Shown piece by piece: positions 10,658 through 21,440 of a stretch of DNA of 64,000 nt. Below the pieces are notes generated by a model, which did not search any database, had not been told where the DNA came from, and saw only the letters and a list, made by a program, of their open reading frames with translations. Source of the stretch: a plasmid. A program made the translations under genes and the position numbers. The stretch lies in the sequence record NZ_CP069608.1; one strand, written 5' to 3'. Within the stretch, counting starts at the first letter, position 1. Each line of letters starts with the position of its first letter.

Positions 10658-11215
10658 ATGAAAAAAAGTTTATTTTCTTTTCTCCTATTGTTTCTACTCG
10701 TGCCTACAATAGCTTCAGCCCATACAGGATTAGCTTCGTCTACTCCTAGCAAGGGAGAAGTAGTGAAAAAGAACTTATTTGAAGTCAATACAGTTTTTGA
10801 AACAAAAATAGAAAGCTTAAGCACAATGAAATTGATGAAGGATAATAAGGAAGTACCGTTTGATCGGCTAAAAGTAATGGAATCACAAATGATTGGAGAG
10901 TTTTCTACTCCTCTGGAAAATGGTTCTTATCAGTTAGAGTGGAAAATTGTTGGTAAGGATGGGCATCCCATAACGGGAGTTATCCCATTTTCAGTGGATC
11001 AAGCTAAGAAAAAAGAAGTGAACGAAGATTCTTTAACCGAACGGAAAGCTGGTACAAAGGAAGAAAACAACAAACTTGAAAAACAATCGATTAATCAGCA
11101 AAGTAAGAGTGAGGAAACAAAAAATAACTCTTCTTTTCCCATAACAATTGTGATTATATTAGGCTTGATTATAATTGTAGTATTCTTTGTATCCTTAAAA
11201 AAGAAAAATAAATAA
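10658..11215 (+). CDS. copC: CopC-domain copper-binding protein (secreted, C-terminal TM anchor)
   Basis: Signal peptide then AHTGLASSTP (the CopC N-terminal His motif). C-terminal TM. Stop overlaps the start of copD (ATGA). Confidence 0.75.
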   Translation: MKKSLFSFLLLFLLVPTIASAHTGLASSTPSKGEVVKKNLFEVNTVFETKIESLSTMKLMKDNKEVPFDRLKVMESQMIGEFSTPLENGSYQLEWKIVGKDGHPITGVIPFSVDQAKKKEVNEDSLTERKAGTKEENNKLEKQSINQQSKSEETKNNSSFPITIVIILGLIIIVVFFVSLKKKNK

Positions 11216-12282
11216 TGAATATTCTTACGCCTATTTCGGAGATTTTAAATTACATTCTTTTTTCTTTTCTAGTTGGACACGTAGCATTACAATTTGTTTC
11301 AGATTCAAAAAAACCAAAAGTTTCTGTTCCTAAACAGCTTTTACTTCTATCTACTCTTGGAATTATTGTCTGTTCATTAATTCCTGTGTTAAAAGTTATT
11401 TTTTACTTTTCAAATAATATGGGATTTAGATTAACTACTTTATCTGTTCTTACCAATTTTCAGATAGGAAAAGCTTGGGTCTTTACTTGCATTATAGGAA
11501 TTTTGTTATGGTTAACTCTTTACTTTAAAGGATCTAAATACCTTCAATCTTTTTGGCTATTATTAATGATTGGTGCTGTTGGTTATGCAAGCCATGTTTC
11601 TTCTTTATCTTTCTGGACAGGCTTTTTATCACATTCTATTCATTTCTTAATGGTTTCACTTTGGAGTGGAATAATTCTTCATGTTGGTTGGTTTTCAAAA
11701 GGAGAGAAGAATTGGTCAACGTTCTTACAGTGGTTTACCCCACTAGCTATTGGTTGCCTAACTTTAGTTATTGGTAGTGGTTTAATACTGATGTTTAAAA
11801 TTATAGAGCCTAAAGAATATTTTATGGTGTGGGCAATACCTTATGGCCAAATGTTATTGCTCAAACATATTAGCCTTATACCTGTATTAGCATTTGCTTT
11901 GATTAATGGAATTCTTACAAAAAAAATATCATCTTCTCCATCTTTTAATCCAAAATCATGGGTACAGGTGGAAAGTATTGTTTTACTCTTTGTATTTGCA
12001 TTTACAGGAGTCTTAGGTACTTTATCGCCCCCTGATAATATAAATTTTATGGTAATACCAAAATGGATAGAACGAATACTTGGTCAAGACATAGGTGTTC
12101 CCTTACACCCTGAAATTAATTTATCATTTGAAGGGATCATTTTATTTGCTATATCATTAATTTTTATAGCAATGATTATTATGAGCTTTTTTAAAAAATC
12201 TTCACCATTTTCTAGCCTGCTTTTTACTATATGTTTTATAGTATCCCTATATTTAGCCTTAATGATGAATATAACATTGTAA
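11215..12282 (+). CDS. copD: CopD-family copper resistance/transport membrane protein
   Basis: Polytopic membrane protein with conserved His. Translationally coupled to copC. In B. subtilis the two are fused as YcnJ (CopC-CopD). Confidence 0.75.
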   Translation: MNILTPISEILNYILFSFLVGHVALQFVSDSKKPKVSVPKQLLLLSTLGIIVCSLIPVLKVIFYFSNNMGFRLTTLSVLTNFQIGKAWVFTCIIGILLWLTLYFKGSKYLQSFWLLLMIGAVGYASHVSSLSFWTGFLSHSIHFLMVSLWSGIILHVGWFSKGEKNWSTFLQWFTPLAIGCLTLVIGSGLILMFKIIEPKEYFMVWAIPYGQMLLLKHISLIPVLAFALINGILTKKISSSPSFNPKSWVQVESIVLLFVFAFTGVLGTLSPPDNINFMVIPKWIERILGQDIGVPLHPEINLSFEGIILFAISLIFIAMIIMSFFKKSSPFSSLLFTICFIVSLYLALMMNITL

Positions 12283-12338
12283 AAGACAAAGTAGGCACTA
12301 TTTAAACATGTTTAACTTAAAGCTAAACAACTGCTTTT

Positions 12339-12372
12339 AACACCGTTCAACAACCGAACGGTGTTTTTTAGC
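12339..12372 (+). terminator. Rho-independent terminator after copD
   Basis: CACCGTTC…GAACGGTG stem followed by TTTTTT. Confidence 0.6.
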
Positions 12373-12724
12373 ATAAGGGGAACCATTTATTTATATAACA
12401 ATAGGTTTCGTAGTGGTTATCATAGCACTTGGTGAACTCATACGAATAGCGTAAACTGGTCTTCTTAACTCATATCCATCTCATTGGCATCTTATAAACT
12501 TTAGAATATCACTGCTTATAAAATCGTAAACTATCTCCTTTTTATTAATTCTTTTAAACCTTTAAATTTATGCTGTGATTTAAGTACATCTCCTTTTACG
12601 AGACTTATATCAACATTATTTTTACATATACTTAACCTCTTCTTTAATTAAAATTAATACATGAAATTTAAGCTTAGGTTAGATTAATAGTTTCACAATA
12701 AATTTAAAGAATGAGGGTAAAAAA

Positions 12725-13981
12725 ATGAAAAAACGCTTAATAGGAACTGCTGTTTTATCCGTTGCAACGATTGCTGTGTTAACGTTAAGTACGACTACTC
12801 ACTCAAATGTAAAGGCTGCTACTGCAATGAACAATGGGAAAGCGAAAAATGTCATTCTATTTGTTGGAGATGGCATGGGAACGGATCATCGTAATGCTAT
12901 TCGTCTTGCGACCGTTGGAACAAATGGTAAGCTTGCTATGGACGATATGCCAGCTGCAGGTAGGGTTCATACGTCTTCAGGAAGTTCTTTTGTAACAGAC
13001 TCAGCTGCAGCAGCTACAGCAATGGCTTCAGGTGTAAAGAGCTATAATGGAGCTATTGGTGTCAACATGAAAGGGAAGCCAGTTCAAACGGTTCTTGAGA
13101 AGGCAAAGTTGTCCGGAAAAGCAACAGGATTAGTTACAACAAGCCAAGTGACGGATGCCACTCCTGCTGCTTTTGGCGCCCATGTTTCAAATCGAAACGC
13201 TCAAAGTGATATAGCTAAACAATACCTTGAAGGTAGCAAGATAGATTTTATTCTGGGTGGTGGGGAGGATTATTGGTATCCAAAAGGAAATCCAGGTTCT
13301 TACCCAGATGCACCTCCAGAAGATAAAAAAGAGGGCAGCAAAGGAACAGAAGGTAATTTAGTCACCAAAGCTCAGAAGTTGGGTTATACGTATGTTGATA
13401 ATGCTAATCAATTAAAATATGCAAAAGGTCAAAAAGTTCTAGGGTTATTTGCCAATGAAGAAATGTTCCAACAAGCTCCTGAAGGTGAAGGGGATGTATA
13501 CAATCCTTCTGTTTCTTTACCAGACATGACAAAAAAAGCAATAGATACGTTATCTCAAAATAAAAAAGGGTTCTTTCTTGTAGTAGAAGAAGAGGGTATT
13601 GATGAAATGGCTCACAATAACAATGCTTCACTTATGATAAAAGCTGGACAACAGTTAGATAATACCGTAAAAATGGCCAAAAAATATGCAAAGACCCACC
13701 CAGATACATTAGTTCTTGTTGCAGCTGATCATGCAACTGGTGGACTTTCACTCGAAACGACAGATAAGGGCGATGAATCTGGTGAAGGTGTCTCCAAAGA
13801 GGATGGCCCTTTCAACATTGCTAGTTCTAAAGAACAATTTATGGTAGATTGGACTACTGGCGGACATACTTCTTCAGATATATCACTTAATGCTACGGGA
13901 GCACGGTCTGAACTTTTCACAGGTGTTTATGAAAACACTTATATTCACAACGCCCTTGTTAAAGCAATGAATCTTAAATAA
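12725..13981 (+). CDS. phoA: Secreted alkaline phosphatase (PhoA family)
   Basis: Signal peptide. FVGDGMG and VTDSAAAATA(M)ASGVKSYNGAIGV active-site regions match the PhoA family. Confidence 0.85.
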   Translation: MKKRLIGTAVLSVATIAVLTLSTTTHSNVKAATAMNNGKAKNVILFVGDGMGTDHRNAIRLATVGTNGKLAMDDMPAAGRVHTSSGSSFVTDSAAAATAMASGVKSYNGAIGVNMKGKPVQTVLEKAKLSGKATGLVTTSQVTDATPAAFGAHVSNRNAQSDIAKQYLEGSKIDFILGGGEDYWYPKGNPGSYPDAPPEDKKEGSKGTEGNLVTKAQKLGYTYVDNANQLKYAKGQKVLGLFANEEMFQQAPEGEGDVYNPSVSLPDMTKKAIDTLSQNKKGFFLVVEEEGIDEMAHNNNASLMIKAGQQLDNTVKMAKKYAKTHPDTLVLVAADHATGGLSLETTDKGDESGEGVSKEDGPFNIASSKEQFMVDWTTGGHTSSDISLNATGARSELFTGVYENTYIHNALVKAMNLK

Positions 13982-14012
13982 TGAAAAATTCAGGCTGAAA
14001 TTATAATCTATT

Positions 14013-14048
14013 GTAAAAAACACCCTTCATTTTGAAGGGTGTTTTTTT
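14013..14048. terminator. Bidirectional terminator between phoA and the convergent deacetylase gene
   Basis: AAAAAACACCCTTCA TTTT GAAGGGTGTTTTTTT. Confidence 0.65.
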
Positions 14049-14049
14049 A

Positions 14050-14907
14050 TTAACTGCGACTTGGAAACTGTATAGGCTCCATCGAGTCATCAATTTCTAT
14101 CGACTGATATCCGGTTTCCTTGATATATTTTAAAATTTGAGGTAATGACTGAGCAGTAAATGATTTATCATGAAATAAAATAACTGGTGTACGATTGTTT
14201 TGATAAACAGTTTGAATATGTGGCTTTATTGAGTTAATTATCTTAGGTGCAGAACGTAAAGCCCAGTCTTCACTATCAATATTCCAGTCCCATAGTTGAA
14301 AATTGCTAAGTAATTCTGTGCGATGCGGTTCTTTTAGATAAGGAGCACTACCATACGGTACCCGAATTAACTTACTATCTATACCTGTTACTTTTTTGAC
14401 AGTTGCTAGACACTGTTGCATTTCTTGTAAAGCAGTTCCATCTTTACTGTAAATGATATTGATATCATGTGAGACACCGTGACATCCAATTGCATGACCT
14501 TCTTCAGCTACTTTTTTAGCAATATCAGGATAAGATTCCATTTGATTTTTCAACATAAAGAAAGTAACTTTTACATCATACTTACGCAGTATCTCTAAAA
14601 TTTTTAATGTGTCAGGAGTGGGTCCATCATCAAATGTAAGATAAATAGGTTGGGTAATTTGCTGATTTTGGTTACTAACTGTGTTTGACAAATACATGTT
14701 CTGATCTAATATTTTTATTTGTTTTTTAGAATGATTAAAATCACTTATTGATTTTAATGGTAATGGACTAGCGTTTAGTAATATTTGCTGACTGGTTGCT
14801 TGCTTATTCCCTCTTACTTCCACAATAACAAAAAAAGAAGCAATAATTACTAACATAAGAATTATCATTACATAAAATTTTCTTTTAAGTTTAATTTCCT
14901 TCTTCAC
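14050..14907 (-). CDS. Polysaccharide deacetylase (NodB-homology; peptidoglycan/chitooligosaccharide deacetylase-like)
   Basis: N-terminal TM. TFDDGP motif and HG(V/W)SH motif of the CE4 family. Confidence 0.8.
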   Translation of the reverse strand: MKKEIKLKRKFYVMIILMLVIIASFFVIVEVRGNKQATSQQILLNASPLPLKSISDFNHSKKQIKILDQNMYLSNTVSNQNQQITQPIYLTFDDGPTPDTLKILEILRKYDVKVTFFMLKNQMESYPDIAKKVAEEGHAIGCHGVSHDINIIYSKDGTALQEMQQCLATVKKVTGIDSKLIRVPYGSAPYLKEPHRTELLSNFQLWDWNIDSEDWALRSAPKIINSIKPHIQTVYQNNRTPVILFHDKSFTAQSLPQILKYIKETGYQSIEIDDSMEPIQFPSRS

Positions 14908-15281
14908 ATATAAAAACCCTTTCTATGAATTTACTATATATAAATATATTATAAAATATGGAAAAATTATAGAGTAAAAATCATTAAATTGGCCATTACA
15001 TAATAATAAAAATTCACATAGTCATATTTTCTATAAATGCAAAAAAATCTTCAAAAATGCTTTTAATCATGTAAATATGAAGAAATTACATGATATTTGT
15101 TACTGATTTATGAAATTATTAAGTCTATTTTTCGAATATTGATTAAATGAGGAAAAAAATTTTGTGTTACAAGCCCCTGACTTTTACGACTTTTGATAGT
15201 ATATGTACGTAAATATTAAATCTGTTTTGCCAATAGTAATTTGTTTTATGATTGGTAGTTTAGAAAGGAAGGTGAACAAAT

Positions 15282-16265
15282 ATGTTCAAAAGATTAACAT
15301 TACATAATCTATTCAAACCGTTGTTAACCCTTATTTTAGGAGTAGGTTTATTGGTTTTAAGTGGTTGTAGTAACCTGGTCATCTTAGACCCTAAAGGACC
15401 AGTGGCTAAGATTCAAAGTGATCTTATTATGCTATCAATTCTCTGGATGTTATTAATTATTATCGTTGTTTACGTCTTATTTACCTGGGTTGTTATTAAA
15501 TATCGTAATCGTCCTGGATTTAAAGATAAAGACTATCAACCTAACATGCATGGTAACACAAAGTTGGAGATTATATGGACCATAATTCCAATTATAATTG
15601 TTAGCGCTTTATCGATTCCGACAGTACAAGCATTGTATGAACTGGAAAAACCACCAAAGTCAACACGTGATAAAGACCCAATCGTTATTTACGCTACTTC
15701 AGTTGACTGGAAATGGATATTTAGTTATCCAGAAGAAAATATTGAAACTGTAAATTATTTAAATATCCCAGAAGATCATCCAATTCTTTTCAAAATTACT
15801 TCCGCGGATTCTATGTCTTCCTTGTGGATTCCACAACTCGGTGGTCAAAAGTATGGAATGGCTGGGATGGAAAATAAGTTGTATCTTCAAGCTGATGAAC
15901 CTGGACTCTACAAGGGTAGAAACTCCAACTTTACAGGGGAAGGTTTTGCAAATCAAACCTTTACTGTTTTAGCCCAAAAAGAAAAAGATTATAAGAATTG
16001 GGTAAAAGACACTCAACAAAATGCACCGAAATTAACTGAAAAACAGTATGAGAAATTAATGATGCCTGAAGTAGCTAAGAAGATGACTTTTTCATCTACT
16101 CACTTAAATATCGTAGACCATGCAACATCTTCGGAATATGCATTAAGAGTTCGTGAAAAATATGATGTTTCAGTTAATCCTGAAAAAAAACAAAATACAA
16201 ATGATGATAGCCAAGTAGAAGGCGAATCAAGCTCTAGTTCCCAGCATGGATCGCACTCTAACTAA
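15282..16265 (+). CDS. qoxA: Cytochrome aa3 quinol oxidase subunit II
   Basis: Lipoprotein signal (LSGCS), two TMs and a cupredoxin-like domain. Highly similar to B. subtilis QoxA. Confidence 0.9.
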   Translation: MFKRLTLHNLFKPLLTLILGVGLLVLSGCSNLVILDPKGPVAKIQSDLIMLSILWMLLIIIVVYVLFTWVVIKYRNRPGFKDKDYQPNMHGNTKLEIIWTIIPIIIVSALSIPTVQALYELEKPPKSTRDKDPIVIYATSVDWKWIFSYPEENIETVNYLNIPEDHPILFKITSADSMSSLWIPQLGGQKYGMAGMENKLYLQADEPGLYKGRNSNFTGEGFANQTFTVLAQKEKDYKNWVKDTQQNAPKLTEKQYEKLMMPEVAKKMTFSSTHLNIVDHATSSEYALRVREKYDVSVNPEKKQNTNDDSQVEGESSSSSQHGSHSN

Positions 16266-16282
16266 GAAAGGAGGAACCCAAG

Positions 16283-18238
16283 ATGATTGATTTTATTAAG
16301 AATAATTTAATTCTGAATAATCCGATGATTATTGGAGCTAATATATCAATTTTACTCACTGTTATCGGAATTCTATTTGTTTTAACGTACTTTAAAAAAT
16401 GGAAATGGCTATGGACGGAATGGCTCACAACAGTTGATCATAAAAGATTAGGGATTCTGTACATTATTTCAGCTATTCTAATGCTGTTCCGTGGCGGTGT
16501 AGATGCATTATTAATGAGAGCCCAACTAACATTACCTAATTCTAAGGTTCTAACTTCTGAACATTATAATGAAATTTTCACCACACATGGTACCATTATG
16601 ATTATTTTTATGGCTATGCCATTTTTAATTGGAATAATGAATGTAGTGGTTCCATTGCAAATCGGTGCTAGAGATGTAGCTTATCCATATCTCAACGCGT
16701 TAAGCTTCTGGACATTTTTCTTTGGAGCAATGTTATTTAACATTTCTTTTGTATTTGGCGGATCACCAGACGCTGGATGGACAAACTATGCACCTTTAGC
16801 AAATGAGGGAAGTCCTGGACCAGGTACAAATTATTATTTAATTGGTCTTCAGCTTTCTGGAATCGGCACTTTATTAACAGGAATTAACTTTATTGTTACT
16901 ATTTTAAAAATGCGGGCGCCTGGTATGACATTATTTCGTATGCCTATGTTCACATGGACATCGTTAATTACAGCGTTTATTATCGTATTCGCATTTCCTG
17001 TATTAACTGTCACATTAGCATTAATGACATTTGACCGATTATTTGGAACCCATTTCTTTACTTTAATGGACGGTGGGATGCCAATGCTTTGGGCCAACCT
17101 CTTTTGGATTTGGGGACATCCTGAGGTATATATTGTAATTCTTCCGGCGTTTGGTATCTTCTCTGAAGTTATCTCGACCTTTGCCAAAAAAACATTGTTT
17201 GGTTATAAAGCAATGATTATTTCCATTGTTTCTATTTCTGCCCTAAGTTTCCTTGTTTGGGTTCACCATTTCTTTACAATGGGCGCTAGTGCAGGAGTTA
17301 ACTCTATTTTTTCAATCTCAACGATGGCCATCGCCATTCCAACTGGAATTAAAATCTTTAACTGGTTGGTCACTCTTTATAAGGGAAAGATTGAATTTAC
17401 TACGGCCATGCTTTGGTCACTTGCGTTCATTCCAATTTTTGTGATAGGTGGAGTAACGGGTGTTATGCTGGGAATGGCAGCAGCTGACTACCAATACCAT
17501 AATACGTACTTCCTTGTTGCTCACTTCCATTACACATTAATAGCTGGAACTGTGTTTGCCTGTTTCTCAGGTCTGATTTTCTGGTATCCAAAAATGTTTG
17601 GACATAAATTAAATGAACGAATTGGTAAATGGAGTTTTTGGTTCTTTGCAATTGGCTTTAATATCTGTTTCTTACCTCAGTTCTTCTTAGGGTTTGCAGG
17701 TATGCCAAGGCGTGTTTATACGTATGGTGCAGAAGAGGGATGGACTGGATTAAATGTTCTTTCCACGATTGGCGCTGTAGGTATGGCAATTGGTTTTGCG
17801 ATTCTTGTTTATAATATTTACTACAGCTTCCGTTATGCTAAAAGAGAAACTAGTGGAGATGCGTGGAATGGACGTACTCTTGAATGGGCAACAACCACTG
17901 CTGTTGCACCGCATTATAACTTTGCCCAGATCCCTGTAGTTAAAGGGTTAGATGCTTTTTGGCTCATGAAAGAAGAGCAAAAGAAAGGTAAGAAGCAAAA
18001 GGTTGAGTATAAGAAAATTCATATGCCTAGTAATTCGGGGCGACCATTTATTATGTCATCATTCTTCTTTGTTTCTGGGTTTGGGCTAGTCTTTGAACTA
18101 TGGTGGATGGCAATATTAGGAGTTATTGGTGTATTTGCATGTATGATAATTCGTTCAATCCGTTCAAATGAAGAGGACAAAGGCTATTATGTCAGTGTAG
18201 AAGAAATTAAAAATACGGAACAGAAGGTTTCATTATGA
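16283..18238 (+). CDS. qoxB: Cytochrome aa3 quinol oxidase subunit I
   Basis: Twelve or more TMs and the conserved His ligands (HHFFTMG, HFHYTL) of heme-copper oxidase subunit I. Confidence 0.9.
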   Translation: MIDFIKNNLILNNPMIIGANISILLTVIGILFVLTYFKKWKWLWTEWLTTVDHKRLGILYIISAILMLFRGGVDALLMRAQLTLPNSKVLTSEHYNEIFTTHGTIMIIFMAMPFLIGIMNVVVPLQIGARDVAYPYLNALSFWTFFFGAMLFNISFVFGGSPDAGWTNYAPLANEGSPGPGTNYYLIGLQLSGIGTLLTGINFIVTILKMRAPGMTLFRMPMFTWTSLITAFIIVFAFPVLTVTLALMTFDRLFGTHFFTLMDGGMPMLWANLFWIWGHPEVYIVILPAFGIFSEVISTFAKKTLFGYKAMIISIVSISALSFLVWVHHFFTMGASAGVNSIFSISTMAIAIPTGIKIFNWLVTLYKGKIEFTTAMLWSLAFIPIFVIGGVTGVMLGMAAADYQYHNTYFLVAHFHYTLIAGTVFACFSGLIFWYPKMFGHKLNERIGKWSFWFFAIGFNICFLPQFFLGFAGMPRRVYTYGAEEGWTGLNVLSTIGAVGMAIGFAILVYNIYYSFRYAKRETSGDAWNGRTLEWATTTAVAPHYNFAQIPVVKGLDAFWLMKEEQKKGKKQKVEYKKIHMPSNSGRPFIMSSFFFVSGFGLVFELWWMAILGVIGVFACMIIRSIRSNEEDKGYYVSVEEIKNTEQKVSL

Positions 18239-18251
18239 GGAGGCGTAAAAT

Positions 18252-18881
18252 ATGGCACATGGACATGATGATCATTATATGAGTGCTGACACGCCCTTAG
18301 AATATCAGTCTGAAACAGGTAGATTAAATATATTTGGATTCTGGATTTTCTTGGGGGCGGAAGTTGCTTTATTTGCCACCTTATTTGCAACTTATTTTAC
18401 TCTTAGTGGTAGCACAGCAGGTGGACCATTGCCTGGAGAGTTATTTGAATTAAAAGGCGTATTGATTATGACGTTCCTATTGCTAACAAGTAGTTTTACT
18501 TGTGGCTTAGCAATCCATGCAATGAGAAGAAACAATCTTACATCTATGATAGTATGGATGATTATTACATTACTGTTCGGTTTAGGTTTTATATATATGG
18601 AGATCAGTGAGTTCATTTTATATGTGGAAGAAGGAGCTTCAATTGGGACAAATGCATTTTGGTCTGCGTTCTTTTTAATAACCGCAACACACGGTCTTCA
18701 CGTCACAATTGGTATCGGTTGGATGATCTTAATTCTTATTGAGTCAATTAAATCAGGTTTAACACCTAATACTGCTAAAAAGGTATTTATATCTAGTTTA
18801 TACTGGCACTTTTTAGACTTTGTATGGATTTTTATCTTCACGGGTGTTTATTTATTAGGGATGGTGGCATATAATGGCTAG
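18252..18881 (+). CDS. qoxC: Cytochrome aa3 quinol oxidase subunit III
   Basis: Five-TM subunit III family. Follows qoxB. Confidence 0.85.
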   Translation: MAHGHDDHYMSADTPLEYQSETGRLNIFGFWIFLGAEVALFATLFATYFTLSGSTAGGPLPGELFELKGVLIMTFLLLTSSFTCGLAIHAMRRNNLTSMIVWMIITLLFGLGFIYMEISEFILYVEEGASIGTNAFWSAFFLITATHGLHVTIGIGWMILILIESIKSGLTPNTAKKVFISSLYWHFLDFVWIFIFTGVYLLGMVAYNG

Positions 18882-19173
18882 TAAATCAGCTAATAATCAT
18901 TTTCCATGGTCTCATGTAATTGGTTTTATGCTTTCAATTGCTTTAACACTTATAGCCTTATGGGTAGGGTTATATATGAATTTGCCGTTTAATACAGTTG
19001 TTATTATTGTATTTATTCTTGCATTCATTCAAGCTGCTATCCAGCTGTATATGTTTATGCACATGACCGAAAGTAAAAATGGTATTTGGCAATCTGGAAA
19101 TATGCTTTTTGCAGCTTTTATAGCAATAGTCATCGTTGCAGGTACTATATGGGTAATGGGTTCTATGCATTAG
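18874..19173 (+). CDS. qoxD: Cytochrome aa3 quinol oxidase subunit IV
   Basis: Small 3-TM subunit. Overlaps qoxC stop. Confidence 0.8.
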   Translation: MASKSANNHFPWSHVIGFMLSIALTLIALWVGLYMNLPFNTVVIIVFILAFIQAAIQLYMFMHMTESKNGIWQSGNMLFAAFIAIVIVAGTIWVMGSMH

Positions 19174-19438
19174 TAACATAATAATGAAGTATAACAAAAT
19201 TAAAAATGATAAATAATTACCTAATTAGCAGCATGGATGAGTACAGCTACTATTAATTTTCATTTTCCTGATTGAGTAGGCGTGTGTGCAGCTCTATATC
19301 CTTCCAATAGTAGCGACGTCTTCTTTCCATGCTCTATTTGTTATCTATATATTAGGTTCTTATTTTACTGCTCGTTATATTACGAACAGAAAAGTCCTGA
19401 AGAAGAAACTGACACAAACAGCATAAGATTTAATAAAT

Positions 19439-19478
19439 AAAAAAAGAGTAAACTTCCAAGTTTGCTCTTTTTTATTTA
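19439..19478. terminator. Terminator-like hairpin flanked by A- and T-tracts downstream of qoxD
   Basis: AAAAAAGAGTAAACTTCCAAGTTTGCTCTTTTTTATTT. Confidence 0.5.
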
Positions 19479-19685
19479 TATGACATTTATTCAACATATG
19501 AAAGATATCTACTTAACTATAAGGAAACATTAGTATGGCTAGTTCCTTTAATAATTATTGAAGAAAGTTAATGGCTAAGCTTTCATGTCTTATTTTAATT
19601 TTATTACATTTTAAGATATACAGCATATTTAAAGCTATCAGAATTATTAGTGCCAATGGTTTTTCTTCTTTTAATGCTTATTATA

Positions 19686-20215
19686 GTGCGACAAGAAGTC
19701 GCTTTTATATGGTGTGGCTCACGCCACTAGTTTAGACGCAAAAACTATCCCCGTCCAAAACTGCGTTTCTGGTAACGGATTCGTGGGTTGCATGCGGAAA
19801 TGCGGAAACAGATAGTCAATGCACGACTCGGAACACTGCTAAGGGAAGATGAGTATGGTGAACATTAGTGAAGGTTTGTATGCTTCGTAAGAGTTAGCCC
19901 AGGATCATGCACAGATTTGCTTGGGAATTGGCAAGAGGAAAAGTAGATTTATAATGCTGGTGTAGCGCTTCCCGTATCTTGCCCAGAGTAAAGAACCTAC
20001 CTAACCTTGTTGTATCTATAAGATGCAGAACTTGGTAAGCCCTCTGTCATCTGGATAAACTGTAGGGAGATTGTAAGATTAAAATGTATGACAGAGGGTA
20101 AAGGATACGAGATAAAGCAAATGCCGTTGTTTCAAAAGGGAATCGCACGGTTCTTAGGGGAGACAGGGGCAATGATGCCCCTAACTTACCCGACTTAACC
20201 ATATAGATAAACGAC
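19686..20215 (+). ncRNA. GC-rich structured noncoding block that may be an ORF-less or degenerate group II intron-like RNA
   Basis: Begins GTGCGAC (the group II 5' consensus is GUGYG). About 530 nt at markedly higher GC than flanks. No credible ORF. A CTATAA motif at ~20013 could serve as EBS1 for the TTATAG immediately upstream of GTGCG. Near the 3' end is a CGCACGGTTCT segment resembling the 3' half of domain V, followed by a GGGGCA…TGCCCC hairpin. Domain V pairing is not clean. Confidence 0.3.
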
Positions 20216-20513
20216 AACAAGAAAATAAAACACAAACCTCTAAAAATAGAGATTTGTGTTTTATTTAGATGATTTCTTCAAATAACTGATGATTAGATTA
20301 TATAATAACTTACTAAAAAAATAAAGCTTAGTATTTGATTATGTGAAATACTTATTCAAATTCGAAAGAGAACCATTATCTAAAAAAAAGAGGTCTGCAT
20401 CAGTTTTTTTGTTTAGTTCTTGTAAAGTTCATACTTTTTTATAAAAATTCCCATACATTCCAAGCTTCAATTGCATAATTTAAAATAATTGAAGAAAAAA
20501 GGAGTAGGGTCAT

Positions 20514-20681
20514 TATGAATTTAAAGATAAATAATGAAGATGATTTTAAAAATATTCTACAATTCACCGGAAAATGTTTAGAAAAGATTGGAGATATGTT
20601 TATAAACAAAGCTTTTGTCAACAACGTTTTAAATTTACCCAATATCAGCGAAAACAAATTCCCCGTTATAAACGGTTAAGT
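20514..20681 (+). pseudogene. 5' part of a small gene apparently interrupted by IS21 #2
   Basis: AAAGGAG RBS then ATG. The ORF runs into the IS terminal repeat, where it meets an IS-encoded stop. Confidence 0.3.
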
Positions 20682-21440
20682 AGTCAACTTGGCAGGATAA
20701 ATTCCTGCCTTTTTCTTTTCGCGTAGACGATATGAATCTCCCTTTATATTAAATGTAATCGCATGATGAAGAAGCCGATCTAATACAGCTGTTGCCAACA
20801 CTTCATCTCCAAAGACGTTTCCCCAATCAAGATAGGATTTATTTGATGTTAAAACCATTGCTCCTTTCTCATACCGTTTAGATACAACTTGAAAGAAAAC
20901 ATTTGCTGTGAGTTCGTCAAATGGAAAATATCCTACTTCATCTATAATTAAAATATCTGGCCGGCTCCATCGATTGACAAGCCGATGGAGGGTACCTTTC
21001 TCATTTGCCTTTCGGCATTGTTCTACTAAGTCATCTGAGGTTAAGAAGAGAGCTGTATATCCTTTGGTAATGGCCTCTACCGCGAAAGAAATAGCTAAAT
21101 GCGTTTTCCCTACACCAGGTGGACCAAGTAAAATTCGATTTTCTCCATTCGAGATAAATCGGCACGTAAGTGTCTCTTTTACTTGTTTCTCACTAAGACT
21201 TGGTTGAAATGTAAAATCAAAGTCGTGAATCGTTTTGTTATAAGGGAGTTTTGCCTGTTTCATTCGTTTTTCCAATTGTCCCGACTCTTGCTTCTCTATT
21301 TCCTGTAAAACGATGGTGTGAAGAAATTCAGAATATGATACATTATCTTTAGATACGTCTTCTAATACACTATCTAGTTGGTTAGCTGTATGGTGCCAAC
21401 CAAGCTTCCTTAGCCGGTCAATTAAGAGCTCATTCATCAT
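20676..21440 (-). CDS. istB: IS21-family IstB ATPase
   Basis: Walker A GPPGVGKTH and DEVGY motif. Overlaps istA stop (ATGA). Confidence 0.9.
   Translation of the reverse strand: MMNELLIDRLRKLGWHHTANQLDSVLEDVSKDNVSYSEFLHTIVLQEIEKQESGQLEKRMKQAKLPYNKTIHDFDFTFQPSLSEKQVKETLTCRFISNGENRILLGPPGVGKTHLAISFAVEAITKGYTALFLTSDDLVEQCRKANEKGTLHRLVNRWSRPDILIIDEVGYFPFDELTANVFFQVVSKRYEKGAMVLTSNKSYLDWGNVFGDEVLATAVLDRLLHHAITFNIKGDSYRLREKKKAGIYPAKLTT

Noticed and set aside
16849-17651. Antisense and alternative-frame ORFs inside qoxB (16849-17187, 17253-17444, 17463-17651)
   Set aside because: Embedded in a highly conserved heme-copper oxidase subunit I gene.
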